NCBI GenBank assembly: GCA_026394565.1
Contig: JAPKYA010000042.1
Coordinates: 1,803-65,802, forward strand
Direction: 5' to 3'
Source: Methanothrix sp.
GTDB lineage: Archaea; Halobacteriota; Methanosarcinia; Methanotrichales; Methanotrichaceae
DNA: 64,000 bases
Notes under the pieces: generated by a model
The model's database searches: none
Told to the model about the DNA's origin: nothing
The model's input: only the letters and a program-made list of their open reading frames with translations
Part shown: in pieces, positions 18,936 to 29,514 of the stretch
Layout: the number at the start of each line of letters is the position of its first letter
Position numbering within the stretch: the stretch's first letter is position 1
Translations under genes and position numbers: made by a program

Positions 18936-19922
18936 TCATGGCTTCTCTTCCTCATGGGACTGCCAGTCCTGCAAGGTATAAATCCTGGCATCGAATCCCA
19001 TGAGCTGCAGAGCATACCAGACCACAGAAGCGCTGTAGAGATCGCTGGAGTAAACCACCGTCGTCCGGCTGGCATTCAATCCGATGAAGGCATCCTTAAG
19101 CTCCTCTCCACCCTTCAGCCTGCCCTCTTCCAGCACATTTTCCGGGCTGATGAATGTGGCATTTCCAATTCTAGCCTTGCCATAATCCTGAAAGCTCCTG
19201 GCATCCACCATCTGGGCCTGGCCGGACTTGACAAAATCATAATCGACAAGAAGTTCCTGCCTCAGATTGGGCAGATAAACGGCGGCGGGGCGCATGTTCT
19301 CTTTTGTCTCCAGGGGCAAGCTTGCTGCGATCCAGTTATCCAGTCCGCCATCAAGGGCTCTGACATCCTCATGCCCCAGGTAGCGCAGAATGTAAAGAAC
19401 GGCCGTTGCCTCTCCCGAGCTGAAGGAATCGCTGTAGACCATCACCGCATCTTCCCTGGAGATGCCGGCTCCGCCCAAAATTGCGACCAGCTCAGACACA
19501 TTACGCAACGTCCCATTCTCATAAAAAAAGCTCTTAGCAGGAATGTGAATGGAGCCTCTGATTTGGGCCTGGCTGGGGGATCGGCGGCTCGATACATCCA
19601 GCACCACATCCTTCTCCGAGATGGCATCCAGGGACTTGAGCATCCCGGGAGATGGGAATAGATCTGCTCTGGTTTTATTTAATGCCTCGCCTACAGGCAG
19701 GCCTGCCTTAAAGCTTCCGGAGCTAAAGCTGCTAGACACTGTGTTCTGATTTGCGGTTACGCCCACAAGGGGAGCATCCAGGTTCATGAAGGACTGAGCC
19801 GATGCCGCCCAGGAATCATCGCCTCCGCCGCAACCTCCCACAGAACAGCTTCCCTGCACCCAGGGGGTCATGGCTAAGGCTGCTATGATAATTGTCAAAA
19901 AGGATCGGGAACTTATCTTCAT
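18936..19922 (-). CDS. Exported tandem-rhodanese (sulfurtransferase-like) protein
   Basis: Signal peptide; two rhodanese domains (LDGGL..W..A.LPLE; VDARS..DY...I.NA; LMGFDARIY). Confidence 0.8.
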   Translation of the reverse strand: MKISSRSFLTIIIAALAMTPWVQGSCSVGGCGGGDDSWAASAQSFMNLDAPLVGVTANQNTVSSSFSSGSFKAGLPVGEALNKTRADLFPSPGMLKSLDAISEKDVVLDVSSRRSPSQAQIRGSIHIPAKSFFYENGTLRNVSELVAILGGAGISREDAVMVYSDSFSSGEATAVLYILRYLGHEDVRALDGGLDNWIAASLPLETKENMRPAAVYLPNLRQELLVDYDFVKSGQAQMVDARSFQDYGKARIGNATFISPENVLEEGRLKGGEELKDAFIGLNASRTTVVYSSDLYSASVVWYALQLMGFDARIYTLQDWQSHEEEKP

Positions 19923-20033
19923 CGAAAACGTCTCTTGCCGCTTTCGTATTTAATATATATGGTTACGAACTTACCCCCACCCAGTACAACGAGGAACCAA
20001 ATTATTTATCGTATACCCTGCATATCTACTATT

Positions 20034-20936
20034 ATGGCCTACTATGAGGCGGTCCGGCGCATCCTGATAATAATATTCGTAATTAACATAGTTACTGCCC
20101 TGGCCAAGGGAGGCTACGGCCTTCTCACCAATTCTCTCGCCATGAGCGCAGACGGCCTGCATTCCCTCTTCGACAGCACCTCCAATATCATCGGCCTGGT
20201 GGGCATCTCCCTGGCGGCCCGCCCTCCCGACAAGGAGTACCCCTACGGTCATGCCAAGTTCGAAACTTTTGCCTCTCTGGGAATAGCCTTGCTGCTATTC
20301 GCAGGCTCTATTCAACTGATCCTGGCGGCGGCGAATCGCCTGCAAAGCCAGTCAGCTCCCCAGATAACCGAGCTGTCTTTCGCTGTTATGGGCATAACCC
20401 TGCTCATCAATATCGGCGTTTCAGCCTACGAATACATCCTGGGCAAAAGGCTGAAGAGCAGCATCCTGGTAGCCGATTCCATGCATACGCGAAGCGACAT
20501 TTTCGCGTCCATAGGCGTCATCCTGGGACTTGTCGCCGTCAAGATGGGCTATCCTTTGGCCGATCCGGTTATAGCTCTGCTCATCTGCGGCCTGATCCTT
20601 TTAACCGGCCTGGAGATTGTGAGGGACAGCTCCAAGGTCTTACTGGACAAAGCTCTGGTCGAAGAGAGCTTGATAATCGATCTGACAAAGTCGGTAGTAG
20701 GTGTTTGCACCTGCCACAGTGTTCGCACGCGCGGCATGGCAGGGGAGATTTTTGTGGATCTGCATATCGGTGTGGACCGGTCGCTTTCCATAGATGCAGC
20801 TCACAAAGTGGGCGAAGATGTGGAGAGCATGATAAAAAGCAAGATCCCCGGGGTCAGGGATGTGGTCGTGCATCTGGAGCCCAAGGACTACTGCGAGCTG
20901 AAAGGCACGAACTGCCTTGAAATAAATAGATATTAA
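20034..20936 (+). CDS. Cation diffusion facilitator (FieF-like) transporter
   Basis: ADGLHSLFD, YPYGH.KFE, ADSMHTRSD and VVVHLEP motifs. Start placed at MAYYE. Confidence 0.9.
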   Translation: MAYYEAVRRILIIIFVINIVTALAKGGYGLLTNSLAMSADGLHSLFDSTSNIIGLVGISLAARPPDKEYPYGHAKFETFASLGIALLLFAGSIQLILAAANRLQSQSAPQITELSFAVMGITLLINIGVSAYEYILGKRLKSSILVADSMHTRSDIFASIGVILGLVAVKMGYPLADPVIALLICGLILLTGLEIVRDSSKVLLDKALVEESLIIDLTKSVVGVCTCHSVRTRGMAGEIFVDLHIGVDRSLSIDAAHKVGEDVESMIKSKIPGVRDVVVHLEPKDYCELKGTNCLEINRY

Positions 20937-20959
20937 TAATAAATAAGGGATGGCCAAAT

Positions 20960-23900
20960 ATGCAAAATATCACAATCACAGTTTCGGAGGCAGGAACTGC
21001 CGCTGCCAGGACCTTTGCCTATAAAATCCAAATCGATGGCAATGTTGTGGCAAAGAGAACGCTCACGCCGGTTCAGACTCATCAGGTTCAGGAGATGGCA
21101 TCTCAGTACTTCTCTCTTTTTCAGGGCGCTGGCCAGGCGGGAGCGAAAAGCTATCTGCCCATCCTTCGTAACGGACTATTTCATCTCTTCTTAGAGACAG
21201 GCTGGCAGGATTTTAGTGCATTGATCTTGCCGGGTGCGCGGCTGACGGTTGCCTCGCCCATACCAGAGGTGCTACAACTGCCCTGGGAGCTGCTCCCTCT
21301 TTCCGGGCAGCCGGGCGGCAGTGACGAGGGCAGCATAATTCGCCTGCCCGGAATTGCGGACGGGCTTATTTCCTCCTCTACCCCGCTGGCGTCGGGGCCT
21401 TTGCGTGTGCTTTTCCTGGCCGCCGAGCCTTTGGACTATGAAGAAGAAGAGCAGTCGATCCTTGGGGCGTCAGAGGGCCTGGACATGGCTCTTGCCATCT
21501 GCGAGAGCGGAACCTGGGAGGAGCTGTTGGACCTGGCAGAATCCTTCCGGCCTCATCTTGTGCACCTGGCCGGCCAGGGAAAAGTGTCCGGGGGCAGTGC
21601 GGCATTCTCTATGCCGGGCCAGGCAGGCCGGGCCGATCTGCGGTCGGCTGAGGATCTGGCCGCGGCCCTAAAGGACTGCGGCCTGGTGGGTGTCATCCTG
21701 AGCAGTCGGCAGAGCGAACCCCCCTCAGCTCTACATCTGCTCTGCCGGAAGCTGGCGGAGAGCATACCCCTGGCCGTGGCCTGGAATGCAGCCACTGCTG
21801 CTGCCAAGCCCCTGTACCGGTCCCTGGCCGCAGGTCAATCAATGGATGAAGCTCTGCTATCTGTTCGCCGGGAAAACGCAGCAGATCCTGCTTCGGTTCT
21901 CGTTCCAGTTCCCGCTCTGTACTCGATCTATGATCTGCCGGGAATCTTCGATGCCCAAAAGAGAGCGGCTGCGCCGGCCAACCTCTGCCAGGAACTTCCT
22001 GCCTTGCCGGGACTGACAGAAGGGCGGGCGGAGTGCTTTGTGAACAGGAGGCGGGATTTGCAGCAGTTCGCTGCCGCCCTGCGAGACGGCGGGACGCAGG
22101 CTCTGATAATCACCGGCCCGGACGGCGTAGGCAAGAGCGCTCTGGCAACCCGTCTCGCCCGTCTGCTGGAGCCCGCCGGCTACAGCATCCTGGCCATTTA
22201 CGGCTCGCCCAATAACCGCATAAGCGCCGCCAGGCTCCTGGAAGCTGCGGTGGGCCACTTGAGCGGAATTGGCGGGGAGGCAGCGGCAAAAGGCCTCAAA
22301 GATCCGAGCCGCTCCGTCAGAGAGCGGCTGCAAAGCCTGTTGGAAGTGCTGAAAGCCTCTCGCATTCTGATGGTTTGGGACGGCCTGGAACTGGACGGCA
22401 AGACCGGCAAAATTTCCGACATGGATCTGGCCGAGTTCTACCTGCGGATGCTAAAAGGCATGACCGCGGGGCGCGCCATCATCACCTGCGGGACAATGCC
22501 AGCCGATGCCCTGACTCTGCCCGCCCGCGCCCGGCAGTGGAAGCTGGAGGGGCTTGGCCCGGCTGCATTCGTTAGAATTCTTCTCCGGGACGAGGCCCTG
22601 GCGGATCGCTATAAAAAAGGCGAGATCTCTTATGCCCGGCTTGCCACGCATCACAGTGCGGCCTCGGGCCATCCGGCTCGCCTGGCCCAAACAGGTAAAG
22701 CCTTGGGTCAGGGCGATCTCGCCGCAGACGAGGACTCGCTGGCAAAGCTCACCTCCTGCCTGGGCTCTGCCTCTAGCCGCGCTCTCTCTCAGGCTGCGGT
22801 CTACGCTGTGGCCATAAGCCCGGCCGGCCTGGCTGCCGTTTCCGGAATAACAGAAGAGCAGGCCTCCGCCAATGCTTGCCAATGGCAGAATCTCTCTTTG
22901 GCCCACGCCGCGGGCAAGCTGTGGGCGGTGCCTTCATCTCTTCATGCCCCTCTACTGGCAGCCTTAAGCCCGCAGGAGCAGCGCGCCGCGCAAAAAGCAG
23001 CCGGCCAATTTCAGAGAGACCTGGCCGAGGCCGGGCGCTCTGCAGAGCTGGGGCTCTCTCGCTTAGATGTCTTGCTGGAGGCACGCGGGCACTATCTGGC
23101 GGCCTGGGATTCGGACAATGTCATCGCCGTGACAGCCCGCATCAGCGGCCATCTGCAAAGGCACGGCTACTACTCTGAGCTGATAAGACTGAATCAGGAG
23201 CTTTTGGATCTAGACCAGCAATCGGCTCCTATTGCCTGGATCGCCCGAGCCTATTTGGATCAGGGCGAATACAGAAAGGCGGCAGAGTGGTATGGGCGGG
23301 CACTGCAGATCGCCCCTGACGCCGCGGCTTCGCACGGCCTGGGCACAGCTCTCCTGCACCAGGAAAAGTATGACCTGGCAAAAGAGAGCCTGCAAAAGGC
23401 GGCAGAAGCATTTTGTGCCGCAGGCGACCTTTCCGGTGAGGCGGCAAGCCTGAGCAGCCTGGCCAGCATTGACAAGTTGAAAGGCGAGAATGATGCTGCT
23501 TTTGAGAAGCTGCAAAAGATTGTAGAGATCATGAAGAGCCTGGGAGATATGAAGGGCGAGGCTGCAGCTTTGCAGGAGATGGCCCGCCTGGATATGAGCA
23601 GAAGTGATTATGATTCCGCGCGCTCCAGACTCGTGAGATCACGCGAGCTGCTGGAGGCCGCCGGAGACAGAAAGGGCGCTGCTTTTGCCCTCTTTAACTT
23701 GGCCAGCCTCGATCTGGAGAAGGGCGACTTCCCGCCTGCAGGCGCAGGGTTTGCGAAGGCCCTGCCGCTCTTTGCGGAGATGGGCGACCGCGCCGGCGAA
23801 GCCGCTATCCTGCACAGCCTCGGCATGATTCATTCTCAGGCCGGGGAGAAAGAAAAAGCGATGGAAAGCTTCCGGGCGGCTCTGCAGATCAATCAAGAAC

Positions 23901-24181
23901 TGGCCGATAAACCCGCAGAAGCGGGAGCCTTCTTCCAGCTCGGAGCTTTAGCCGTGCAGCAGGATAAGATGCAAGAAGGCCTGCGGCTCATGGCCTTGGC
24001 CGCCATAGTCTTAAGGAGCATCAAGAGCGATGATGTGAAGAACGTCGAGCCTCTGGTGGAGCGGCTGGCAGCGCAGCTCAGTTACAGCCAGGAGCAGTTC
24101 ATGGGTCTGGTGCAGGAGGTCTTGCAAAGTTACGCCAAAGATAGGGGCTGGGGGCTGGTGGAGAGGGCCGGGGGAAAATAG
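20960..24181 (+). CDS. NLR-like protein: degenerate CHAT domain + STAND-type P-loop NTPase + TPR repeats
   Basis: LPWELL and PLRVLFLAAEP CHAT motifs; FVNRR..L, Walker A GPDGVGKS, Walker B LMVWDGLE; C-terminal TPRs (GD..GEAA.L..LG). Confidence 0.85.
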   Translation: MQNITITVSEAGTAAARTFAYKIQIDGNVVAKRTLTPVQTHQVQEMASQYFSLFQGAGQAGAKSYLPILRNGLFHLFLETGWQDFSALILPGARLTVASPIPEVLQLPWELLPLSGQPGGSDEGSIIRLPGIADGLISSSTPLASGPLRVLFLAAEPLDYEEEEQSILGASEGLDMALAICESGTWEELLDLAESFRPHLVHLAGQGKVSGGSAAFSMPGQAGRADLRSAEDLAAALKDCGLVGVILSSRQSEPPSALHLLCRKLAESIPLAVAWNAATAAAKPLYRSLAAGQSMDEALLSVRRENAADPASVLVPVPALYSIYDLPGIFDAQKRAAAPANLCQELPALPGLTEGRAECFVNRRRDLQQFAAALRDGGTQALIITGPDGVGKSALATRLARLLEPAGYSILAIYGSPNNRISAARLLEAAVGHLSGIGGEAAAKGLKDPSRSVRERLQSLLEVLKASRILMVWDGLELDGKTGKISDMDLAEFYLRMLKGMTAGRAIITCGTMPADALTLPARARQWKLEGLGPAAFVRILLRDEALADRYKKGEISYARLATHHSAASGHPARLAQTGKALGQGDLAADEDSLAKLTSCLGSASSRALSQAAVYAVAISPAGLAAVSGITEEQASANACQWQNLSLAHAAGKLWAVPSSLHAPLLAALSPQEQRAAQKAAGQFQRDLAEAGRSAELGLSRLDVLLEARGHYLAAWDSDNVIAVTARISGHLQRHGYYSELIRLNQELLDLDQQSAPIAWIARAYLDQGEYRKAAEWYGRALQIAPDAAASHGLGTALLHQEKYDLAKESLQKAAEAFCAAGDLSGEAASLSSLASIDKLKGENDAAFEKLQKIVEIMKSLGDMKGEAAALQEMARLDMSRSDYDSARSRLVRSRELLEAAGDRKGAAFALFNLASLDLEKGDFPPAGAGFAKALPLFAEMGDRAGEAAILHSLGMIHSQAGEKEKAMESFRAALQINQELADKPAEAGAFFQLGALAVQQDKMQEGLRLMALAAIVLRSIKSDDVKNVEPLVERLAAQLSYSQEQFMGLVQEVLQSYAKDRGWGLVERAGGK

Positions 24182-24398
24182 AGAAGGAGATAGAGAAGAA
24201 ACTGCCCTCTGGCTTTTTTTGGCCCAGAAATCATCATCTTTTGCTATCCCAGTTGGCGAGCCATCTCGCGGCAGAATGCCAGTCCCTCATTGGTCAGCTC
24301 ATAAGTCATCTCACCGCGTGTTGGATGCATGCTCACATATCCCTCGCGGATCAATTCGCGCAGATGTTTATATAACTAATAATCAGAGTAGCAAACCA

Positions 24399-24737
24399 AT
24401 GCTTTCAAAGACCATACAAGCCGTCCGAAAGAGAGAAGAACTGGCAGAGGATGTGGACTGGGAGCTATATAGATGGGTCGAAAGAAATCCCGGTCTGAAT
24501 ATATACGCTCTTGCCAAGTCTATCGGCTGGTTGCATGGCAAGGTCTACTCTTCCGTGAAACGCCTGGAAGATGATGGTCTGGTGAAGCTCGAGAAGATAA
24601 TTATAAATGGGCGGTCTGCCTCGATTGTTACCTATCGAAGATGGCAGGACTTCTTCACACCGGAAGAACTTGAAGAGATACAACAGCCGGGCTATTTTGA
24701 TGAGGTTGAGGCAATTCTGAAAAAAGCAACATCCTAA
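24399..24737 (+). CDS. Small winged-helix DNA-binding protein
   Basis: NPGLNIYALAKSIGW.HGKVYSSVKRLEDDGLV wHTH pattern. Start placed at MLSKT (the ORF extends to 24219). Confidence 0.65.
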   Translation: MLSKTIQAVRKREELAEDVDWELYRWVERNPGLNIYALAKSIGWLHGKVYSSVKRLEDDGLVKLEKIIINGRSASIVTYRRWQDFFTPEELEEIQQPGYFDEVEAILKKATS

Positions 24738-24797
24738 AAAACACCGTAAAAACAACCATCTGAGATAAAGAAAAGACGCTCGGGCTCGGCCCGCCGT

Positions 24798-26936
24798 CTA
24801 TCCGCTTTTTGCCGCCGGCACCTCGTCCACCCCGCAGGCGGCGATCTTCTCGGCCAGCTTGGCCAGCACATCTTTTCTCATCCCGCCCACGAACTTGATC
24901 GATCCCACTACCAAATGCCCTCCGCCGGAGACGCCGCCGTTGGGAATCTCTTCCATCAGCTCTTTCACCATCTGGGGGATGTTCATTTTCACAGCCTTGC
25001 TGCGCAGCACGGCAAAGTCCGGTCCGTAGCCGATGGTGACAACGGGCTTTCCGGCATACTTCTTGCACAGACGGTCGTGCACCTCACCGGAGGTCTTGCC
25101 TGGTGGAGGGAAGGTGAACTTGTGGGCGAAGTTCTCCACATCCAGCACATTCATGATAATGCCGTTGGGGAGCCGCGTGCTCTTCACATTGCCCATGCTG
25201 GCGCGCAGTTGCTCGTCAATGGCGGCATTGGCCTGCTCGCACAAAAGCTCCACAATCCTCTGGTGCCGATCCAGCCGGCCCAGGCATAAAATATCGTTTA
25301 TCAGCCCCCGTCCGTCATTGAAGCGCTGCCAAAATGCCTCGTAGTCCAGAGCCAGAGCAATCTTCTTGAGATCCTCTCGGCTGTACTTGTCCTCGACCAG
25401 CTTTATGTAGGCAGCCGCCTCCGGCGCTTCGCTCCGATCGCCCACCGCCGAGACCGCCGGGAAGTGCTTGATCTTGCTCTCCACGGCAGGGTAGATCATG
25501 CGGGCGATCTCTGTCGCCAGCATGCCCGTAGTCAGGCCGAAGTCGCCGCCGGCGTGCGCGGGATTGACGTGAGCGATGAGATACTGGTCCACGATCTTAT
25601 GGGGATGATGATGATCGACGACCAGCATCTCCAGGCCGTAGACCTGGGCCTGGCGCATGGCCGGAACATCCTCTTCAGTGGAGCCGTTGTCCATCAGAAC
25701 GATGAGCGGCATCTTCTGGCCGTGCCGGGTCTGATCTTCCAGAGCATAGGTCAGATCCTTGGTCACATCCTCCAGCTCGTAAAAGGGCGCTTTGCTGGGA
25801 GCGCGCCGGTAGTTGTGGTATTCGGCATCAGGCCCGCCTACTTCAGTGATGAGCGGCAAAATGGCCATCTCAATGGCGACAGCAGCAGTGATGCCGTCGG
25901 CATCGGCGTGATGGCGCACCACTATGGGCTGGGACTTGAGAACCGCCCGGCGAATCTCTTTGGCCACTTGCTTCATGGCCGGCAAGAGGCGGGTCATGAT
26001 CTCGCTTTTCACGAGAAACTCGGTCTCTGAGGGCTCGGCGCGCCGGTCGATCGCCAGTTCAATCAGGTCCTTGACGCTGGACGCCTCCCCGCCCCAGAGG
26101 CGCTTCATGGACTTGATCTCCACCTGAACCTGATTGTTGCGCAGGCTCACCTCGCCTATGACCCGCACCATCATATCGTTGTCGATATCGGCGTGAGCGC
26201 GCACTCCCGCCCGCTCAAAGGCGGCACAAAAGACCAGCCCGCTGTCGTCCGCGATGGTGAAGATGGTAGGGCCCCCCGTCTGCTTGACCTGGATGACCTC
26301 CCCCTTGATCATGATCTGCTTTCCCACCAGCTTTTGCAGATCTGCGGTCTTGGATAGAGGAAGCTCCTTTTCCACCTCAAAAGTGTTGTACTCCTTCAGT
26401 TCGACGGGCTCCAGCTCGATGTTGCCGTTTGCAAGAATATTTCGCACCGTGACGAAGATGCTGTCGCCCACTTCCGGCTTGCTCTTCAGGTATTTGTTGT
26501 GGGCGAGGCCCCTCACGCTCTCGGATAGATCCACAAAGGCCCCAAAGTTGGCCAGGCCATTTACCTTTCCCTGATAAATCTCTCCTATCAATATATCTTT
26601 GACATCGCATGCAGGGTCGAGAATATGCACGAGCGGCTTCTTGGCGCAGCGCTCGCACACCTCCTTTTTGCTTGAAAGCTTGGCCTTACAGACTACGCAT
26701 AAATACTCGCGTCCCAGGCCCCCGCAGGCCTGGCAGCTTTCAGTGACCGGCATCTCGCCCGAGCCGTGGCAGACGCTGCATTTCGTGGAGCCGCTTTCCA
26801 TAAGCTCCTTCATATCCGTGTCCGTTGCCTCCCCCAGGGAGATGGACTCGGTCTTTCCGCTGCCATCGCAGTTGGGACAGGGCTTCTCTCCTACCACCAG
26901 GTAGCCCTTGCCCCGGCAACTTTCGCACAGGTTCAT
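24798..26936 (-). CDS. Archaeal RecJ-like DHH phosphoesterase with DnaJ-type Zn finger and S1/OB domains
   Basis: CxxCxGxG repeats, S1 domain (FGAFVDL), HHADADG, VDHH and DHHA1 GGGH. Confidence 0.9.
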   Translation of the reverse strand: MNLCESCRGKGYLVVGEKPCPNCDGSGKTESISLGEATDTDMKELMESGSTKCSVCHGSGEMPVTESCQACGGLGREYLCVVCKAKLSSKKEVCERCAKKPLVHILDPACDVKDILIGEIYQGKVNGLANFGAFVDLSESVRGLAHNKYLKSKPEVGDSIFVTVRNILANGNIELEPVELKEYNTFEVEKELPLSKTADLQKLVGKQIMIKGEVIQVKQTGGPTIFTIADDSGLVFCAAFERAGVRAHADIDNDMMVRVIGEVSLRNNQVQVEIKSMKRLWGGEASSVKDLIELAIDRRAEPSETEFLVKSEIMTRLLPAMKQVAKEIRRAVLKSQPIVVRHHADADGITAAVAIEMAILPLITEVGGPDAEYHNYRRAPSKAPFYELEDVTKDLTYALEDQTRHGQKMPLIVLMDNGSTEEDVPAMRQAQVYGLEMLVVDHHHPHKIVDQYLIAHVNPAHAGGDFGLTTGMLATEIARMIYPAVESKIKHFPAVSAVGDRSEAPEAAAYIKLVEDKYSREDLKKIALALDYEAFWQRFNDGRGLINDILCLGRLDRHQRIVELLCEQANAAIDEQLRASMGNVKSTRLPNGIIMNVLDVENFAHKFTFPPPGKTSGEVHDRLCKKYAGKPVVTIGYGPDFAVLRSKAVKMNIPQMVKELMEEIPNGGVSGGGHLVVGSIKFVGGMRKDVLAKLAEKIAACGVDEVPAAKSG

Positions 26937-27047
26937 CCAGGGAGTTGACGCACCATTGGAATTTAGCTATTTTGCAAGGGTCCGGCCAAAGCTTTCAATA
27001 AAAAGAGGCCAAATAAGACTAAATAAGATGCCAGCCCTCCCGCGGCC

Positions 27048-27581
27048 ATGCGAGTCGTGGTTTTGCGCATCGGCCACCGGCCGGAGAGAGATAAGAGGAT
27101 CACCACCCATGTGGGCCTGGTGGCCAGGGCCTTCGGAGCGGAAGAGATGCTTCTCTCCGGGCGCGACTCTCACGTGGAAGAGAGCTTGGCCGATGTAGCA
27201 GAGCGTTGGGGAGGAGGCTTTCGCCTCCGGCCGGATGTCTCCTGGAAGGGAGAGACGGTGCGCTGGAAAGAGGCGGGAGGAAAGGTGGTTCACCTCACCA
27301 TGTACGGCTCCAACCTGCCCGATGTGATCGATGAGATTCGCGAATGCGAGAATATCCTGGTGGCGGTGGGCGCAGAGAAGGTCCCGGCTGAGATGTATGA
27401 TCTGGCGGACTGGAATGTGGCCGTGGGAAATCAGCCCCATTCCGAGGTGGCGGCGCTGGCGGTCTTCCTGGACCGGCTCTTTATGGGCCGGGAACTGGAG
27501 GAGGCATTTGAGGGCGGCCTTAAGATTGTGCCTACGGCTCGAGGAAAGCAGGTCTTGTATCCGGAATACTGCCAGGAATGA
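27048..27581 (+). CDS. trm56: tRNA (cytidine(56)-2'-O)-methyltransferase
   Basis: LRIGHRPERDKRITTHV, VHLTMYG, GAEKVP and NQPHSEVAALA motifs. Confidence 0.93.
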   Translation: MRVVVLRIGHRPERDKRITTHVGLVARAFGAEEMLLSGRDSHVEESLADVAERWGGGFRLRPDVSWKGETVRWKEAGGKVVHLTMYGSNLPDVIDEIRECENILVAVGAEKVPAEMYDLADWNVAVGNQPHSEVAALAVFLDRLFMGRELEEAFEGGLKIVPTARGKQVLYPEYCQE

Positions 27582-28666
27582 GAGTATTAGTAATCGGCAT
27601 CAACATCAGGCACATTGCCGGCTCCGCCAGCCGGGCCGGCCATGAGGTTTTCGCGGTCGATTGCTATTGCGATGTGGACCTGGCAAGATGGGCAAAAGAG
27701 ACGGCCAAAATGCCGCGCGAGGGAGCGGAAGAGCAGATATCTTATTTTATCAAAAAATTCCGCCCTGATGCCGTTGTCCTGGGACCGGGCCTGGAAGAGG
27801 CATCCGTCCAGGGAGTGCCTGTGCTCAATAACCTGCCTGAAAAAACGGCTCAGGTATCAGATAAGCTCTGGCTGGCTCGCTGGCTGGAAGAGAAGGGCTT
27901 TCCCTTCATAAAGACGCAGCTTTCCGCAGAGGATCTGCATTTTCCCTTCCTGGTCAAGCCGCGCAAGGGGGCAGGAGGCGTGGGATGCAGAGTTGTGAAC
28001 ACTCCCTCCGAACTAAAATGGGAAGAGGGCATGATCGCCCAGGAGCGGATCAATGGCCTGCCCGCCAGCGTCTCGGTCATTGGGAACGGTCGCGCCGCGC
28101 GCGCCATTGCCGTCAACGAGCAGCTCATCGGCGTGCCCTGGGCCGGGGCGAAAGGATTCAGATACAGCGGGAACATCACGCCCCTCGCAGCCCCGCAATG
28201 CGCCGTAGCGCAGATGGCGGAAGAGATTATCGCGTCCCTGGGGCTCGTTGGCAGCAATGGAGTTGATTTTCTGCTCACCGAAAATGGTCCAGTGGTGGTT
28301 GAGGTCAATAGCCGCTTTCAGGGCAGCCTGGATACTGTAGAGATGTCCGGCGGGGACAATGTATTCCAGGCTCATCTGCAGTCCTTTTTGGGAATGCTTC
28401 CCGAGAGGCCGGCCCCTTCCAGACGTACAGCCGGCAGAATCATAATCTATGCCCCTCGCGATCTTGCAATCGAGGCGGATCTGGTCAGAGACTGGACTAG
28501 GGACGTGCCGGGGAAGGGATCGCGAATAGCCGCAGACGATCCAGTCCTGTCCATAATGGCCACGGGACCCCGCAGAGACGCGGTAATGGCCAAGCTAAAG
28601 ACGAGAGCGGCAACGCTTGGCGAGATAATAAAAGTAAAATTGGATTACCAGGATACTACACGATAA
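27578..28666 (+). CDS. ATP-grasp fold protein (methanogen/methylotroph type)
   Basis: VKPRKGAGG, QERING, FRYSGN, GSNGVDF and EVNSRFQGS motifs. Confidence 0.85.
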   Translation: MRVLVIGINIRHIAGSASRAGHEVFAVDCYCDVDLARWAKETAKMPREGAEEQISYFIKKFRPDAVVLGPGLEEASVQGVPVLNNLPEKTAQVSDKLWLARWLEEKGFPFIKTQLSAEDLHFPFLVKPRKGAGGVGCRVVNTPSELKWEEGMIAQERINGLPASVSVIGNGRAARAIAVNEQLIGVPWAGAKGFRYSGNITPLAAPQCAVAQMAEEIIASLGLVGSNGVDFLLTENGPVVVEVNSRFQGSLDTVEMSGGDNVFQAHLQSFLGMLPERPAPSRRTAGRIIIYAPRDLAIEADLVRDWTRDVPGKGSRIAADDPVLSIMATGPRRDAVMAKLKTRAATLGEIIKVKLDYQDTTR

Positions 28667-28918
28667 AGCCAGTTGCTGATCAGTGTCCAGGCCTTGACAA
28701 AGCCCGATCCTTTCTCCAGCTTTTTTTTGTCCTTTTCGCTGTATATTTTTTGATTCTCCATCCACGAGTCCATGACATAGGATCATTTCTTTTTGGAATT
28801 TAACAATGTCGGTCTAAGTGATAGTGTCATGGGGGCAAGAGTGGTAGGAATGCGCTTTCTGGTGTCAGTATAAAAAGATAATGCTTGATAAAGGTAATAT
28901 AGCATAAGGGGGAAGGTA

Positions 28919-29494
28919 TTGGCAGAGATAAATGTAGGGAATGAAATGAAGTCACCGGAAAGAATTACCATCGCTTTAGACGAAGAGACAGTAGGCCTGT
29001 TCAAGAAGATGAAGGAAGACCTGGGCATGTCCCAGAGCGAGCTGATGCGAGAGTCCCTGAAGTTCTTTGGCAAACACAAGATGCTCTTTGACTTCGCCGA
29101 GGACAAGAAGGTTTACACCCATGCAGAAATGCTCTCCGCAGGCGAGCATGTGATCCTGGATATCGATCACTGGATACTGTTTCTAAGCTTCATCGAAACT
29201 CATCCGGACAAGGAAAAGTTCTGGAATCTGCATAAAGAGGTCTGCCGGGCTCATGCCGAGCAGTTCAAGCACAAGCTCTTCAATGCGGAGAGCATCCTGA
29301 GGAGACTTGAGATCTGCAACCTCTTTAATATGAGCAAGACCGGCAAGAATGAGTTCACCCTCATCTTCGGCTCGGATGCGCCCAAGAAATTCGTGAGAAT
29401 TGAGCTGGAGGAGATCTTTGCCGGCATGGGCTTCATGGTTGAGATCAAAGATGACTTCTCAAAGCTGAGGGTTAAGGTAATTCATGATCTCTAG
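28919..29494 (+). CDS. Ribbon-helix-helix (CopG-like) regulator with C-terminal ligand-binding-like domain
   Basis: RITIALDEE..SQSELMRE RHH signature; GEHVILDIDHW C-terminal domain. Confidence 0.75.
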   Translation: MAEINVGNEMKSPERITIALDEETVGLFKKMKEDLGMSQSELMRESLKFFGKHKMLFDFAEDKKVYTHAEMLSAGEHVILDIDHWILFLSFIETHPDKEKFWNLHKEVCRAHAEQFKHKLFNAESILRRLEICNLFNMSKTGKNEFTLIFGSDAPKKFVRIELEEIFAGMGFMVEIKDDFSKLRVKVIHDL

Positions 29495-29514
29495 CACCAT
29501 TACCAATTTAAGTA

